Below are positions 49,358 to 59,014 of a DNA stretch of 64,000 bases, piece by piece; the first letter of the stretch is position 1; each line of letters begins with the position of its first letter. The DNA comes from Coprothermobacterota bacterium (GTDB taxonomy: Bacteria > Coprothermobacterota > HKB111). A program made the position numbers and the translations under genes. The notes beneath the pieces are model-generated. The model was given only the letters and a program-made list of their open reading frames with translations. It made no database searches and was not told where the DNA came from. The DNA lies in contig JBBIUB010000005.1 of the NCBI GenBank assembly GCA_037440465.1, positions 9,521 to 73,520 on the forward strand, given 5' to 3'.

Positions 49358-51734
49358 TAAGCCACCTCTTAAAAACTAGATGGGTAATGGGAGAGTTCTT
49401 AATCTTCTGGCTATCAGGACGAACACCTTTATGAGTTCTTCGGGTAAGTCTAACTTCTGAAGTATTACACCTTAATACCTTACCACTTTTAGTGAAAAGA
49501 GTAAATTCCTCTCCTTCAGGAGAAACTCCCATAATAATCAATATCTTACCTGTTCTTGGAGAAGTCTTCTGAAGAGCAACCCCTTTACCCCTGATACCTC
49601 TTAAGGGTATCTCCTCTCTATCCATCAATTTGAGAAATCCTTTATTTGTTGCAGAAAAAACCAGTTCTCCTGGTTTCAGGATACCGATGCTGGGGGTTGT
49701 CGCTCCCTTCATGCCACCCACTCCTTGAGCTCTTAAGCCCTTAAGTGGAATTTTACCCCCTGAAAATCTGAAACCCCTTCCTTCCTCACTATAACTAACA
49801 AGCTCATCTTCAAGGTTAACTTCGAGCACTTTTGCTAGTTCTTCAGAAGGGGCAAGACCCATAACTTTGGTGCCCCGTTTACTCAATTTCATTAATTTTG
49901 ATACTGAAGTTGCTTTTAACCTACCTGTATTGGAGAAGAAAACAACCCTATCCGAATTCCCTCTAGTCATTGCTACCACTCTTTCTCCCTCTTCTAACCC
50001 TAAAAATCCATGAAGGCTTAGACCTCTATTACCCTTACACACATCAGGAAGCATATAAGGTAAAAACTTGAAACCTTTACCAAGGTTGGTAAAAAGATAA
50101 ATGGGCGTTTTTGTTCTACTTGTAAGTACCACACCATCTCCCAGCTCTTCCTCAATAGTTGAAAGGGTTATAGTATTTCTGGATGAAAGAATAATCTGTT
50201 TAAGATGTCCCTGTTTAGTAACCAGGAATATGACTGGTTCATCTGCAATTAAATCTACATCAGCTACTTCTTCTCCCTCATCTATAATTGTAGTCAGACG
50301 TGGGGCTGCAAATCTTCTTTCTAAATCTTTTAGCTCAACTTTTATCTCCTCTATTACTAAAGCTGGATCCTCCAGAAGCTTCTGGAGATAGTTTATTCTA
50401 TTCATCATCTCCTGAATATCTATAAGTAATTTGTCCTTCTCCAGGTGGGTTAGTCTTTCCAGACGGATGTCCAAAATTGCTTGAGCCTGTTCTGGAGATA
50501 ATGAAAATCTGGTAACAAGTTTCTCTTTTGCCTCATCAGGAGTTTGAGAGCTTCTAATTAACACTATGACTTCGTCAATATTTAAAAGTGCTACCAGGAT
50601 GCCATCAAGAAGATGTTTTCTATTGAGAAGTTTTTTAAGCTCAAACTTGGAACGTCTCATAACAACCTCTTTACGGTGGTTAAGGTAGTGAACAAGAAAA
50701 TCTTTTATACTAAGAAGTTTTGGTAATCCATCAACCAGAGCCAACATAATAACACTATAGGAAGTTGATAGTGGGGTATGTTTGAAAAGTTGTCTTTTAA
50801 GAAGAGCTGTATTAACATCTTTTTTAGTCTCTATTACTACCCTGATACCTCTCTTATCAGATTCATCTCGCACTTCCGTAGCTCCACTTAGTTTCTTGTC
50901 TTTTATCAATTCCGCAATTCTTGAAACCAGTTGAGATTTATTAGTCTGATAAGGAACTTCTGTGATAATAAGAGCCGTTCTATCTTTATGTTTCTCTTCT
51001 TCTATTTTACCCCTCAAAACAAGCGTCCCCTTACCTTTTTTGTAAGATTCCTGTATTTTACTGCGGTCTATAATTGTGCCACCTGTAGGAAAATCAGGGC
51101 CCAGGATTATGGAACTTAATTCTTCAATAGTTATATCTTCATTATCAAGAAGAACTATTGAAGCTTGTACTACTTCAGCAAGATTGTGGGGAGGAATAGA
51201 AGTTGCCATTCCCACTGCAATTCCATAAGAACCATTAATCAAAAGATTAGGAAAACGAGATGGAAGAACAGTAGGTTCTATTAAAGTACCATCAAAGTTG
51301 GGAATGAATTCAACAGTATCTTGCTCTATATCCTTGAGCATCTCAACTGCAGCATAAGAAAGACGAGCCTCTGTGTATCGCATGGCTGCTGCAGCATCTC
51401 CATCTATGGAACCAAAGTTACCATGACCATCAACAAGAGGCTCTCTGTAGGAAAAAGATTGAGCCATACGAGTCAGTGCATCATAAACTGCTGTATCTCC
51501 ATGAGGATGAAACTTACCAAGCACTTCTCCAACTACACGAGCACACTTTTTGTATGGCTTATCTGGTGTATTCCCCAGCTCTTCCATAGCAAACATAATC
51601 CGTCTTTGAACAGGCTTTAACCCATCCCTTACATCGGGGAGAGCACGACCTACTATAACACTCATAGCATAATCAAGATAAGCACCTTCTATCTCTGACT
51701 CTAAAGATACATCTTTTATGTCTTTAACTTCCAT
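49347..51734 (-). CDS. gyrA: Type IIA topoisomerase subunit A (GyrA/ParC), lacking the GyrA-box
   Basis: [45 protein letters not shown]-terminal pinwheel repeats. Confidence 0.9.
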   Translation of the reverse strand: MEVKDIKDVSLESEIEGAYLDYAMSVIVGRALPDVRDGLKPVQRRIMFAMEELGNTPDKPYKKCARVVGEVLGKFHPHGDTAVYDALTRMAQSFSYREPLVDGHGNFGSIDGDAAAAMRYTEARLSYAAVEMLKDIEQDTVEFIPNFDGTLIEPTVLPSRFPNLLINGSYGIAVGMATSIPPHNLAEVVQASIVLLDNEDITIEELSSIILGPDFPTGGTIIDRSKIQESYKKGKGTLVLRGKIEEEKHKDRTALIITEVPYQTNKSQLVSRIAELIKDKKLSGATEVRDESDKRGIRVVIETKKDVNTALLKRQLFKHTPLSTSYSVIMLALVDGLPKLLSIKDFLVHYLNHRKEVVMRRSKFELKKLLNRKHLLDGILVALLNIDEVIVLIRSSQTPDEAKEKLVTRFSLSPEQAQAILDIRLERLTHLEKDKLLIDIQEMMNRINYLQKLLEDPALVIEEIKVELKDLERRFAAPRLTTIIDEGEEVADVDLIADEPVIFLVTKQGHLKQIILSSRNTITLSTIEEELGDGVVLTSRTKTPIYLFTNLGKGFKFLPYMLPDVCKGNRGLSLHGFLGLEEGERVVAMTRGNSDRVVFFSNTGRLKATSVSKLMKLSKRGTKVMGLAPSEELAKVLEVNLEDELVSYSEEGRGFRFSGGKIPLKGLRAQGVGGMKGATTPSIGILKPGELVFSATNKGFLKLMDREEIPLRGIRGKGVALQKTSPRTGKILIIMGVSPEGEEFTLFTKSGKVLRCNTSEVRLTRRTHKGVRPDSQKIKNSPITHLVFKRWLNAL

Positions 51735-51743
51735 AACTTCTCC

Positions 51744-53636
51744 TTATATATCCAGGTTCTTTACCTTAAAAGCGTTAAGTTCTATGAATTCCCGTCGGGG
51801 TTCAACCTTTTCTCCCATAAGGATGTTGAAAATCTCATCTGCTCTGCTTGCGTCCTCAATATTTACTCTAAGAAGAGTCCTTTTAGATGGGTCCATAGCG
51901 GTTACCCATAATTCTTCTGCACTCATCTCGCCTAAGCCTTTAAACCTCTGTATTTCAATATTTCCATCGTATTTTTTACTCAGCTCTACCAATTCATCAT
52001 CATTATATAGATAAAAGGTCTGTTTTCCTTTTATCACTTTATAAAGGGGTGGCTGGGCTACATAGATATAACCCTCTTCGATAAGCTGACGAAGGTACCT
52101 GTAGAAAAGAGTGAGAATAAGAGTCTTTATATGAGAACCATCTACATCAGCATCGGTCATAATTACTACCTTGTGGTAGCGTAAGCTCGCCACATTTAAT
52201 CTATCCCCCACCCCCACTCCAAGAGAAGCTAATATTGATTGAATCTCTGCATTGTTCAGTACTTTATTAATATTTGTTTTTTCAACATTCAGTATCTTTC
52301 CTTTTAATGGTAGTATAGCTTGAAACATTCTATCCCTGGCTTGTTTGGCTGAGCCACCTGCTGATTCACCTTCCACGATGAATATTTCTCTTGCTTTCGG
52401 GTCTTTTTCACTGCATTCTGCCAGTTTACCAGGTAGAGTCCCAGACTCCAGCATAACCTTCTTACGGGTCAATTCACGGGCATTCTTCGCTGCTTCTCTT
52501 CCCTTCATAGCCAGAAGAGTTCTTTCTATAATCCTTCTACCAGCTTCGGGATTACGCTCCAGAAAAAGGAGTAGATCTTCATATACTATCTTCTCTACTA
52601 TACCTCTTACTTTAACATTTCCCAGCTTTGTTTTGGTCTGACCTTCAAACTCTGGTTCAGCAAGACGGAGAGAAATAATGGCATAAAGACCTTCCCTAAC
52701 ATCGTCTCCTGTTAGAACTTCTTCTCCTATGATTTTATGTGAACGACCATAGAATGAAAGTGCCTTAAGAATAGCACTTTTGAAACCGGTAAGATGAGTC
52801 CCTCCTTCCTGAGTATTAATGGAGTTAGCAAAACTGAGAATCTTGCTTTCTATACCTTCAGTGAAAAGAAGAGACGCCTCCACTAGAGTATTATCCTCTC
52901 CTCCAGAAATGAAGATGGGTTCATTGTAGAGAGGTTTGATGGTAGAAGGTGCTAATACATTCAGAAAAGAGACTATGCCACCCTCAAAGATAAACCTTTC
53001 TTCAGTTTCTCTAACTTCATCTCTGAGGATAATAAGAACACCTTTATTTAAATAGGCTAATTCTTCAACCCTGTCTCTTATAGAATCATAATCAAATTCA
53101 ACTTTTTCAAATATTTCTGGGTCGGGTTTAAACCTGATTCTCGTTCCATTTCTTAAAGATGATCCAATCACCTCCACTCCGGTAACAGCTATGCCACGCT
53201 CGTACTTCTGGCGGTAAGCCTGATCATCTCTCTCCACTTCTACAACTAACCATTCAGAAAGAGCGTTAACCACGGAAACACCTACCCCGTGAAGACCACC
53301 AGATACACGATATACCTTACCGTTAAACTTGCCACCAGCATGAAGTTTGGTCAATACTACTTCGAGAGCAGAGATACCCAGATGTGGATGTATATCCACA
53401 GGGATTCCCCGACCATCGTCAATAACCTCAGCAGTGCTGTCTCTGTGCATGATGATTTGAATCTCTTTGCAGTAACCTGCCATAGCCTCATCTATTGCAT
53501 TATCAATCACTTCCAGTAATAAATGATTGAGCCCGGAAGGTCCAGTAGACCCAATATACATTGCAGGTCTTTTCCTTACTCCCTCCAGGCCCTCCAGCAC
53601 CAAGATATCATTAGCTGTATAAGTTGCATCAGGCAT
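51744..53636 (-). CDS. gyrB: Type IIA topoisomerase subunit B (GyrB-like)
   Basis: LEGLEGVRKRPAMYIG, SGGLHGVG, EGESAGGS, PLKGKILN, MTDADVDG, RFKGLGEM, KNLDI end. Confidence 0.93.
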   Translation of the reverse strand: MPDATYTANDILVLEGLEGVRKRPAMYIGSTGPSGLNHLLLEVIDNAIDEAMAGYCKEIQIIMHRDSTAEVIDDGRGIPVDIHPHLGISALEVVLTKLHAGGKFNGKVYRVSGGLHGVGVSVVNALSEWLVVEVERDDQAYRQKYERGIAVTGVEVIGSSLRNGTRIRFKPDPEIFEKVEFDYDSIRDRVEELAYLNKGVLIILRDEVRETEERFIFEGGIVSFLNVLAPSTIKPLYNEPIFISGGEDNTLVEASLLFTEGIESKILSFANSINTQEGGTHLTGFKSAILKALSFYGRSHKIIGEEVLTGDDVREGLYAIISLRLAEPEFEGQTKTKLGNVKVRGIVEKIVYEDLLLFLERNPEAGRRIIERTLLAMKGREAAKNARELTRKKVMLESGTLPGKLAECSEKDPKAREIFIVEGESAGGSAKQARDRMFQAILPLKGKILNVEKTNINKVLNNAEIQSILASLGVGVGDRLNVASLRYHKVVIMTDADVDGSHIKTLILTLFYRYLRQLIEEGYIYVAQPPLYKVIKGKQTFYLYNDDELVELSKKYDGNIEIQRFKGLGEMSAEELWVTAMDPSKRTLLRVNIEDASRADEIFNILMGEKVEPRREFIELNAFKVKNLDI

Positions 53637-53682
53637 AATAAGTCCTAATCCTCCGTCATGTTTAAATTAATAAATACAATAG

Positions 53683-53711
53683 ATTATAACATAAATATAA
53701 CTATTTTCCAA
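53683..53711 (-). promoter_or_regulatory. Sigma70 promoter for the gyrB operon
   Basis: TTGGAA-17 nt-TATAAT with extended TG. Confidence 0.6.
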
Positions 53712-53808
53712 GCGCTTTTTTCTTGGTTACCATGTGGCTTTTTACTTGATATAAAATAATGAGAATAACATAGATGGTTACAGAGAATTATCTGACTTAT
53801 TAAATAAT

Positions 53809-54171
53809 TCAGAAACGTCCCTGATTATTCTGAGCTAACTCCCAATCTATAAACATTAAATCGGTAATAATTTTAGGGTTTAAATCCTCCAATCCCACCC
53901 TTTCTAAAAGACCGATGGTATCTGAAATAAGAACCAAGCTCAGGGTATCTGGAGCTCCTTCCTCTTCACCTTCTTCAAGATACAGAGTCTTAAAAAAAAT
54001 CCAGGAAGGCTTGATGTTGCCTGTTAGTGGGTGAGTTATTAATTTCCAACCAGAATGTATATAGTCTCTACTTCTCTTAAGAACCTCAAGAGCTTTGTCC
54101 TCAATAAAAACTAAAGTTTCTCCATCGCCAGCAGTAGCAAGGGGGTTATTTGTAATGATTATCTTTCTCAT
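53809..54171 (-). CDS. grdX: GrdX family protein
   Basis: IITNNP and RDYIHSGWKLITHPLTGNIKP match the GrdX pattern (TNNP...RD.IH.G..L.THPL.G..KP). Confidence 0.85.
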   Translation of the reverse strand: MRKIIITNNPLATAGDGETLVFIEDKALEVLKRSRDYIHSGWKLITHPLTGNIKPSWIFFKTLYLEEGEEEGAPDTLSLVLISDTIGLLERVGLEDLNPKIITDLMFIDWELAQNNQGRF

Positions 54172-54191
54172 ATTATCAAGTTTAAAAAATA

Positions 54192-56180
54192 TTATCTAAG
54201 TAATCTTAAAAGAAGAGGAACCAGTAGGAGGGAACCACTACCAATAATTTTTATGAGTATATTAATGGAAGGACCAGAAGTATCTTTAAGAGGGTCTCCT
54301 ACAGTATCTCCTACCACCGCTGCCTTATGGGACGAAGAACCTTTACCACCATACCGTCCTGATTCAATGTATTTCTTAGCGTTATCCCAGGCGCCACCAG
54401 CATTAGACATAAAAAGAGCCATCAAGAGGCCCACCACCAGTGATGAAGCCAGAACCGCCCCCAGTGCCTCCAAACCAAGAGTCAAACCAACCACAAGAGG
54501 AACAACTACTGATAGAAGGCCGGGTAAAATCATTTCCTTCAATGCGCCGCGAGTAGTGATATCCACGCATTTAGCGTATTCTGGCGAAGCTGCGCCTTCC
54601 ATCAAGCCGGGAATTTCTTTCCACTGTCTTCTAACTTCATTAACCACATAATAAGCGCCTCTGCCTACAGCTTTCATAGTCAAAGCAGAAAACAGGAAAA
54701 CCACTAAGCCACCTATGAAAAGCCCAGCCATGACCCGAGAATCAGTAAGATTAATGATTTCCAGTTTTGTAGACTGATAGTAAGCAGCTAACCAAGCTAA
54801 GGCAGTAAGCGCTGCTGAACCTATAGCAAAACCCTTTCCCATAGCAGCAGTGGAATTTCCAACTGAATCCAGAGCATCACACTTGTTCCTTACTGATTTA
54901 TCCATGTGACACATCTCAGCAATACCAGCAGCATTATCTACTATTGGCCCATAACAGTCGCATGCCAGATTTACTCCCAATACTCCTAAGATTCCCACGC
55001 CTGCAATGGCTATTCCATATAGACTACCCGTTATGTAAGCAACTACCATAGCTATTGTAATAGATAAAACTGGCAATACTGTACTCATCATACCCTGAGC
55101 CAAGCCCTCGATGAGAACTGTTGATGTTCCCGTAAGGCTAGCCCTTGCTATACTCAAAACAGGGTTATACCTATCTGAAGTATAATAAATAGTTGACCAT
55201 CCAATTACTAACCCTGCTGCTAATCCTGCCAGTAAAGCATAAAAGACACCATAATCACCCGTAACACCTATTATTACAAAGTAAGAAGCAATAATCATCA
55301 GAACATTAGCTATCAGAATCCCTCTATTCATAGCTCTTCTTACTTTCTCGGTTTGAAGTTCAAAGGACTCATTGATCCCTTCTTTAACCCTAACCAGGGC
55401 GGCGCCTATGACGGAGCAGATTATACCAGTAGCTGCCAGAAGTAAAGGAAGCATAATATAAGTGGGACCTAAAAAAGTGCCCAAAAAGATTGCTGCCGTG
55501 ATGGAGCTTACATAGGATTCAAAGAGATCAGAACCCATACCAGCTACATCTCCAACATTGTCTCCTACAGCATCAGCTATCACGCCGGGGTTTCTGGGGT
55601 CATCTTCAGGAATTCCAGCTTCTACCTTACCTACCAAGTCAGAGCCTACATCAGCACTTTTTGTGTATATACCACCTCCCACTCTTAAAAATAGAGCAGT
55701 TAAAGATGAGCCAAAAGCATATGAAACCAGGTACTCAACCTCCGGTATTATCAACCATATTATGGTAAGCCCTATAATACCAGCACCCACAACAGTCATA
55801 CCCATGACAGCGCCGCTGGAAAAACCAATCCTGAAAGCACCCCCAAAACTCTTACTTGCCATGTTAGCGCTTCTGGCATTTGCCCGGGTTGAAATACTCA
55901 TACCCAACCAGGCTGTAAAAGAAGATACCAATAAACCCACAAGAAAAGTTAACGCCTGGGAAGGTTTTAAAAAAATAGAGATAAGTATTGCGAGAACCAG
56001 TAGAGTTATACCTAGGGTAAAATACTCCCTCTTTAGGAAAGCCATCGCTCCTTCCTGTATAGCTTTGGAAATCCTTGCCATCTCTGGAGTACCGGGACTC
56101 TCTTTCATAATACTTTTCGCAAGGAAAAAGGCATAAAACAAAGCAAATACTCCGGCAGTCACTACCAAAACAAACTCCAT
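54192..56180 (-). CDS. hppA: Membrane-bound ion-translocating pyrophosphatase (K+-dependent type, probably Na+)
   Basis: GGGIYTKSADVGSDLVGKVEAGIPEDDPRN, GDNVGD, GNSTAAMGKG (Ala at the K+-dependence position), GGAWDNAKK, GDTVGDPLKDTSGP. Confidence 0.96.
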   Translation of the reverse strand: MEFVLVVTAGVFALFYAFFLAKSIMKESPGTPEMARISKAIQEGAMAFLKREYFTLGITLLVLAILISIFLKPSQALTFLVGLLVSSFTAWLGMSISTRANARSANMASKSFGGAFRIGFSSGAVMGMTVVGAGIIGLTIIWLIIPEVEYLVSYAFGSSLTALFLRVGGGIYTKSADVGSDLVGKVEAGIPEDDPRNPGVIADAVGDNVGDVAGMGSDLFESYVSSITAAIFLGTFLGPTYIMLPLLLAATGIICSVIGAALVRVKEGINESFELQTEKVRRAMNRGILIANVLMIIASYFVIIGVTGDYGVFYALLAGLAAGLVIGWSTIYYTSDRYNPVLSIARASLTGTSTVLIEGLAQGMMSTVLPVLSITIAMVVAYITGSLYGIAIAGVGILGVLGVNLACDCYGPIVDNAAGIAEMCHMDKSVRNKCDALDSVGNSTAAMGKGFAIGSAALTALAWLAAYYQSTKLEIINLTDSRVMAGLFIGGLVVFLFSALTMKAVGRGAYYVVNEVRRQWKEIPGLMEGAASPEYAKCVDITTRGALKEMILPGLLSVVVPLVVGLTLGLEALGAVLASSLVVGLLMALFMSNAGGAWDNAKKYIESGRYGGKGSSSHKAAVVGDTVGDPLKDTSGPSINILIKIIGSGSLLLVPLLLRLLR

Positions 56181-56233
56181 GTATTTCCTCCTTAATAACC
56201 TGAACAGGCAGGTAGGTTAATGTTTATATTTAT

Positions 56234-56251
56234 TTGTTAATAATATAACAA
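56234..56251. promoter_or_regulatory. Putative Rex operator upstream of hppA
   Basis: TTGTTAA-TAAT-ATAACAA, one mismatch from the clostridial-type Rex consensus TTGTTAANNNNTTAACAA. Confidence 0.55.
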
Positions 56252-56295
56252 ATATTCAGAGTATAAACCTTTTTTTCCTGAGTCCTTAAAACATA

Positions 56296-56321
56296 GATGC
56301 TGAAATAAATTCAGCATGACA
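56296..56321 (-). repeat. TGTC-tagged REP-like palindrome, copy 2
   Basis: Reverse complement TGTCATGCTGAATTTATTTCAGCATC; internal stem ATGCTGAA/TTCAGCAT. Confidence 0.75.
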
Positions 56322-56381
56322 CCCTTTTTATTAAAAAATTAGGGACGGTTCTGAATTATTTATAAGATGTATTGAGAGGGA

Positions 56382-56954
56382 TTAATTCCCCTTTATCTTA
56401 TTTATCAACCAGACCATCTTTTTAGCAAAGTTTCTGGTTGTTCTCAGTCCTTCCTCGTCTTTTAATACTTCTCCTTTTTCTCTACCAAAGGCAATATTCC
56501 AATAGGTAGAGCCGGGGATAATCATTCCCTGTTGAAAGAAGAAGAACATCAGCTGAGCAAAGGTAAAGTTATGCCCTGCCCTTCTGGCAACAGCCATAGG
56601 ACCACCCACCTTGTTCTCAAATATCCGCCCCCGAGCACCAGAAACATAACCTGCCCTGGCAATTAGAGACATAATCTGTGGAGTAGCTGAACCATAATAG
56701 ACAGGTGAAGCAAGTATGATACCGTCAGCTTCTACCATCTTCTCAAATATAGCTTGAAAGTCATCTTTAATATGACATTCCTTTGTTTCCCTGCAGGATA
56801 GACAGGCATCGCAGGGTTTAACCTCTTTCCCCGCCATCCTTATAAGTTCAATCTCTGCACCCTCTTCTGCCACTGCCTTCAAAGTCTCATCAACTAATAT
56901 TTCCGTGTTTCCTTTCAATCTCGGACTTCCCACTATACCGATAATCTTTATCAT
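56382..56954 (-). CDS. Iron-sulfur flavoprotein (flavodoxin family)
   Basis: GSPRLKGNT, CDACLSC...C, SPVYYG, ARRAG. Confidence 0.92.
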   Translation of the reverse strand: MIKIIGIVGSPRLKGNTEILVDETLKAVAEEGAEIELIRMAGKEVKPCDACLSCRETKECHIKDDFQAIFEKMVEADGIILASPVYYGSATPQIMSLIARAGYVSGARGRIFENKVGGPMAVARRAGHNFTFAQLMFFFFQQGMIIPGSTYWNIAFGREKGEVLKDEEGLRTTRNFAKKMVWLINKIKGN

Positions 56955-56984
56955 ATCTACTCCTTCTTTATTTAAAATTTTTTA

Positions 56985-57092
56985 CCCACCTCACCCTCTC
57001 CCACTGTGAGATTGTCTAAAAACGAGACACATCCCCTACCCCCTCTTAATAGAGGGAAGATACTCCCTGACTCCTCTTTAGAAAAGAGGGGA
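56985..57092. repeat. Cluster of CCCTCT/AGAGGG REP-like hairpins
   Basis: Three C-rich-leader units: CCCACCTCACCCTCTCCC, CCCCTACCCCCTCT-TAAT-AGAGGG, CTCCCTGACTCCTCTTT-AGA-AAAGAGGGG. Confidence 0.6.
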
Positions 57093-59012
57093 ATTAGAAG
57101 TTGAGGTTTGTTTTCTCAACCTTCGCACATTCCCATCACGGTAAGTAATCTTCTCACTATCAAGCCATTCTAAAAGTGGTATGGCATACTTTCTGGAAAC
57201 TCCCACGAGTTCCTTAAAGTCACCGGGAGTAATTTCTCCCTTCTCTGAGATAAAGGTTAAGGTTTTCTTCTTTACTTCATCCATGGTTTCTCGTAAGAAT
57301 ATCAACTCCTCGGAAACCCTGACTATTTCTCCTGATTCCATTAAGGCTTTTATAAGTTCTTCAATCTTGCTCTTTTTCCAGCCTTTTGTTTCAAGAGTTG
57401 ATACTATTTCCTTAAGGTCAGGAGGGGAAAATTGATTTTCTTTAAGAACCTTATATATAAGCTCTCTACCTGGTAATAGCTCACCAGGAAAGGAGATTCT
57501 GTGTCCTTTGAGTTTAAGAAATTCTCCCTCAATATCTACCAATCCCACACTTAGCAGATGTTTTATAAAAATACGAAACTCCTTTATACCCACACCCTTA
57601 AGGTGATTTCGCACTTCTTCCAGGCTTACTCCCCGGTATTGAGGATAAGTCCTGTGATACCCTGATAGATAGGTCACTAACTCAGCCTGCAAATCCTTAT
57701 ACCTCTCCATTGAAACATATAATACAGGCTGAGCAGGGGGGATACCCAATATCCTTTCTTCATCCTTTAGATGCCTTACAACATCTTCTTTGGGAAAATG
57801 ACTCTTTATTGACAGATTGTGGAGGTCAATAAACAGATTTTCGCTCTTTTCCAGAATCCTCAAGATTCGGCTGGTTGTGTCTTTAAGGTCATCTAACGAA
57901 AAGTCAACTTCCTCTTTACGTTTTCTTTTTATGGCATAAGGTTCTATTACCCTTCCTCCCCCTATTGTATAAATGGGAGAGTAGGTTCGTATAACAAACC
58001 TGTCCCCTTCTTTAGTCACCGTAGATTCTTCCAGAGAAATCTGAGCAAATCCCTCTTCTCCCCTTTTCATTTCACTAATTTTAGAAAGATAAACCCTCCC
58101 CATAATCTCCTTTGAACCCGCGTAAAACCTGATTCGTTCGCCATGTTTTAATTCCGGTGTCTTAGAGTAAGGAAGGAGTTTTATATAAATATCCATAAGG
58201 GTAGTTGATTTAAAAAAACCGGCAGTGCAGATCACATCTCCCCTTTCTAAATCTTCCACCTTGACATCGGGTAAATTTAAAGCCACCCTCTCCCCGGCTA
58301 CCGCTTTATCGACCTGCTTGTTATGAACTTCTATTGACCTTACTCGGGAGTTTAGTCCTTCGGGTAGTATTTGCACCACATCACCCTTTCTGACTTTTCC
58401 ATCATAGGAAGTTCCTGTGACAATGGTGCCATAACCTGGTAAAGAGAAGATCCTGTCTATGAAAAGCCTGAAGGGGCTCTTAAGGTCGCGCTCAGGAATT
58501 TCTTGGGCAAGATTATCTATTAAAGTTACAAGCTCTCCCAACCCTTCCCCGGTATAAGCAGAAGTAAAAACCATTGGCGCTTTCTCTAAAAAGGTTCCTC
58601 TGACCTCTTTACTCACATCCTTTTCCATATTAAGAAGTTCCTCTTCATTCAACAGGTCCTTCTTAGTGATAACCAGAATGCCCCTTTCTAACCCCAGAAG
58701 GTCCAATATATCCAGGTGTTCCCTGGTCTGTGGCATAACTCCTTCGTTAGCATCTATTACAAGAAGAACTACATCAATACCATAAGAACCAGCAATCATC
58801 TTCCTAACCAAACGCTCGTGACCTGGCACATCTATAAAGCCAGCAGTTATACCAGAAGGTAGTTTAAGGTAGGCATAACCAAGTTCAATGGATATGCCTC
58901 TTTCCTTTTCCTCTTTGAGTCTGTCGGTGTTTATTCCTGTAAGAGCCTTTACTAGCTCGGTTTTGCCATGGTCTATATGTCCAGCGGTGCCTACTACCAC
59001 ATATTCTCTCAA
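57078..59012 (-). CDS. selB: Selenocysteine-specific elongation factor
   Basis: GTAGHIDHGKT, DRLKEEKERGISIELG, DVPGHE, C-terminal SRKYAIPLLEWLD. Confidence 0.97.
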   Translation of the reverse strand: MREYVVVGTAGHIDHGKTELVKALTGINTDRLKEEKERGISIELGYAYLKLPSGITAGFIDVPGHERLVRKMIAGSYGIDVVLLVIDANEGVMPQTREHLDILDLLGLERGILVITKKDLLNEEELLNMEKDVSKEVRGTFLEKAPMVFTSAYTGEGLGELVTLIDNLAQEIPERDLKSPFRLFIDRIFSLPGYGTIVTGTSYDGKVRKGDVVQILPEGLNSRVRSIEVHNKQVDKAVAGERVALNLPDVKVEDLERGDVICTAGFFKSTTLMDIYIKLLPYSKTPELKHGERIRFYAGSKEIMGRVYLSKISEMKRGEEGFAQISLEESTVTKEGDRFVIRTYSPIYTIGGGRVIEPYAIKRKRKEEVDFSLDDLKDTTSRILRILEKSENLFIDLHNLSIKSHFPKEDVVRHLKDEERILGIPPAQPVLYVSMERYKDLQAELVTYLSGYHRTYPQYRGVSLEEVRNHLKGVGIKEFRIFIKHLLSVGLVDIEGEFLKLKGHRISFPGELLPGRELIYKVLKENQFSPPDLKEIVSTLETKGWKKSKIEELIKALMESGEIVRVSEELIFLRETMDEVKKKTLTFISEKGEITPGDFKELVGVSRKYAIPLLEWLDSEKITYRDGNVRRLRKQTSTSNSPLF

Positions 59013-59014
59013 TT

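Noticed and set aside
29488..53636. Inteins in recA, rtcB, gyrA or gyrB
   Set aside because: Protein lengths are normal and the motifs are contiguous.
54253..56136. Long plus-strand ORFs (132 and 192 aa) opposite hppA, and the 169 aa ORF opposite pnp
   Set aside because: Ser/Pro/Thr-rich antisense frames of conserved genes, with no recognisable motifs.
56196..56219. Na+ riboswitch or leader RNA before hppA
   Set aside because: Only a short TAACCT..AGGTTA hairpin; no recognisable aptamer consensus.
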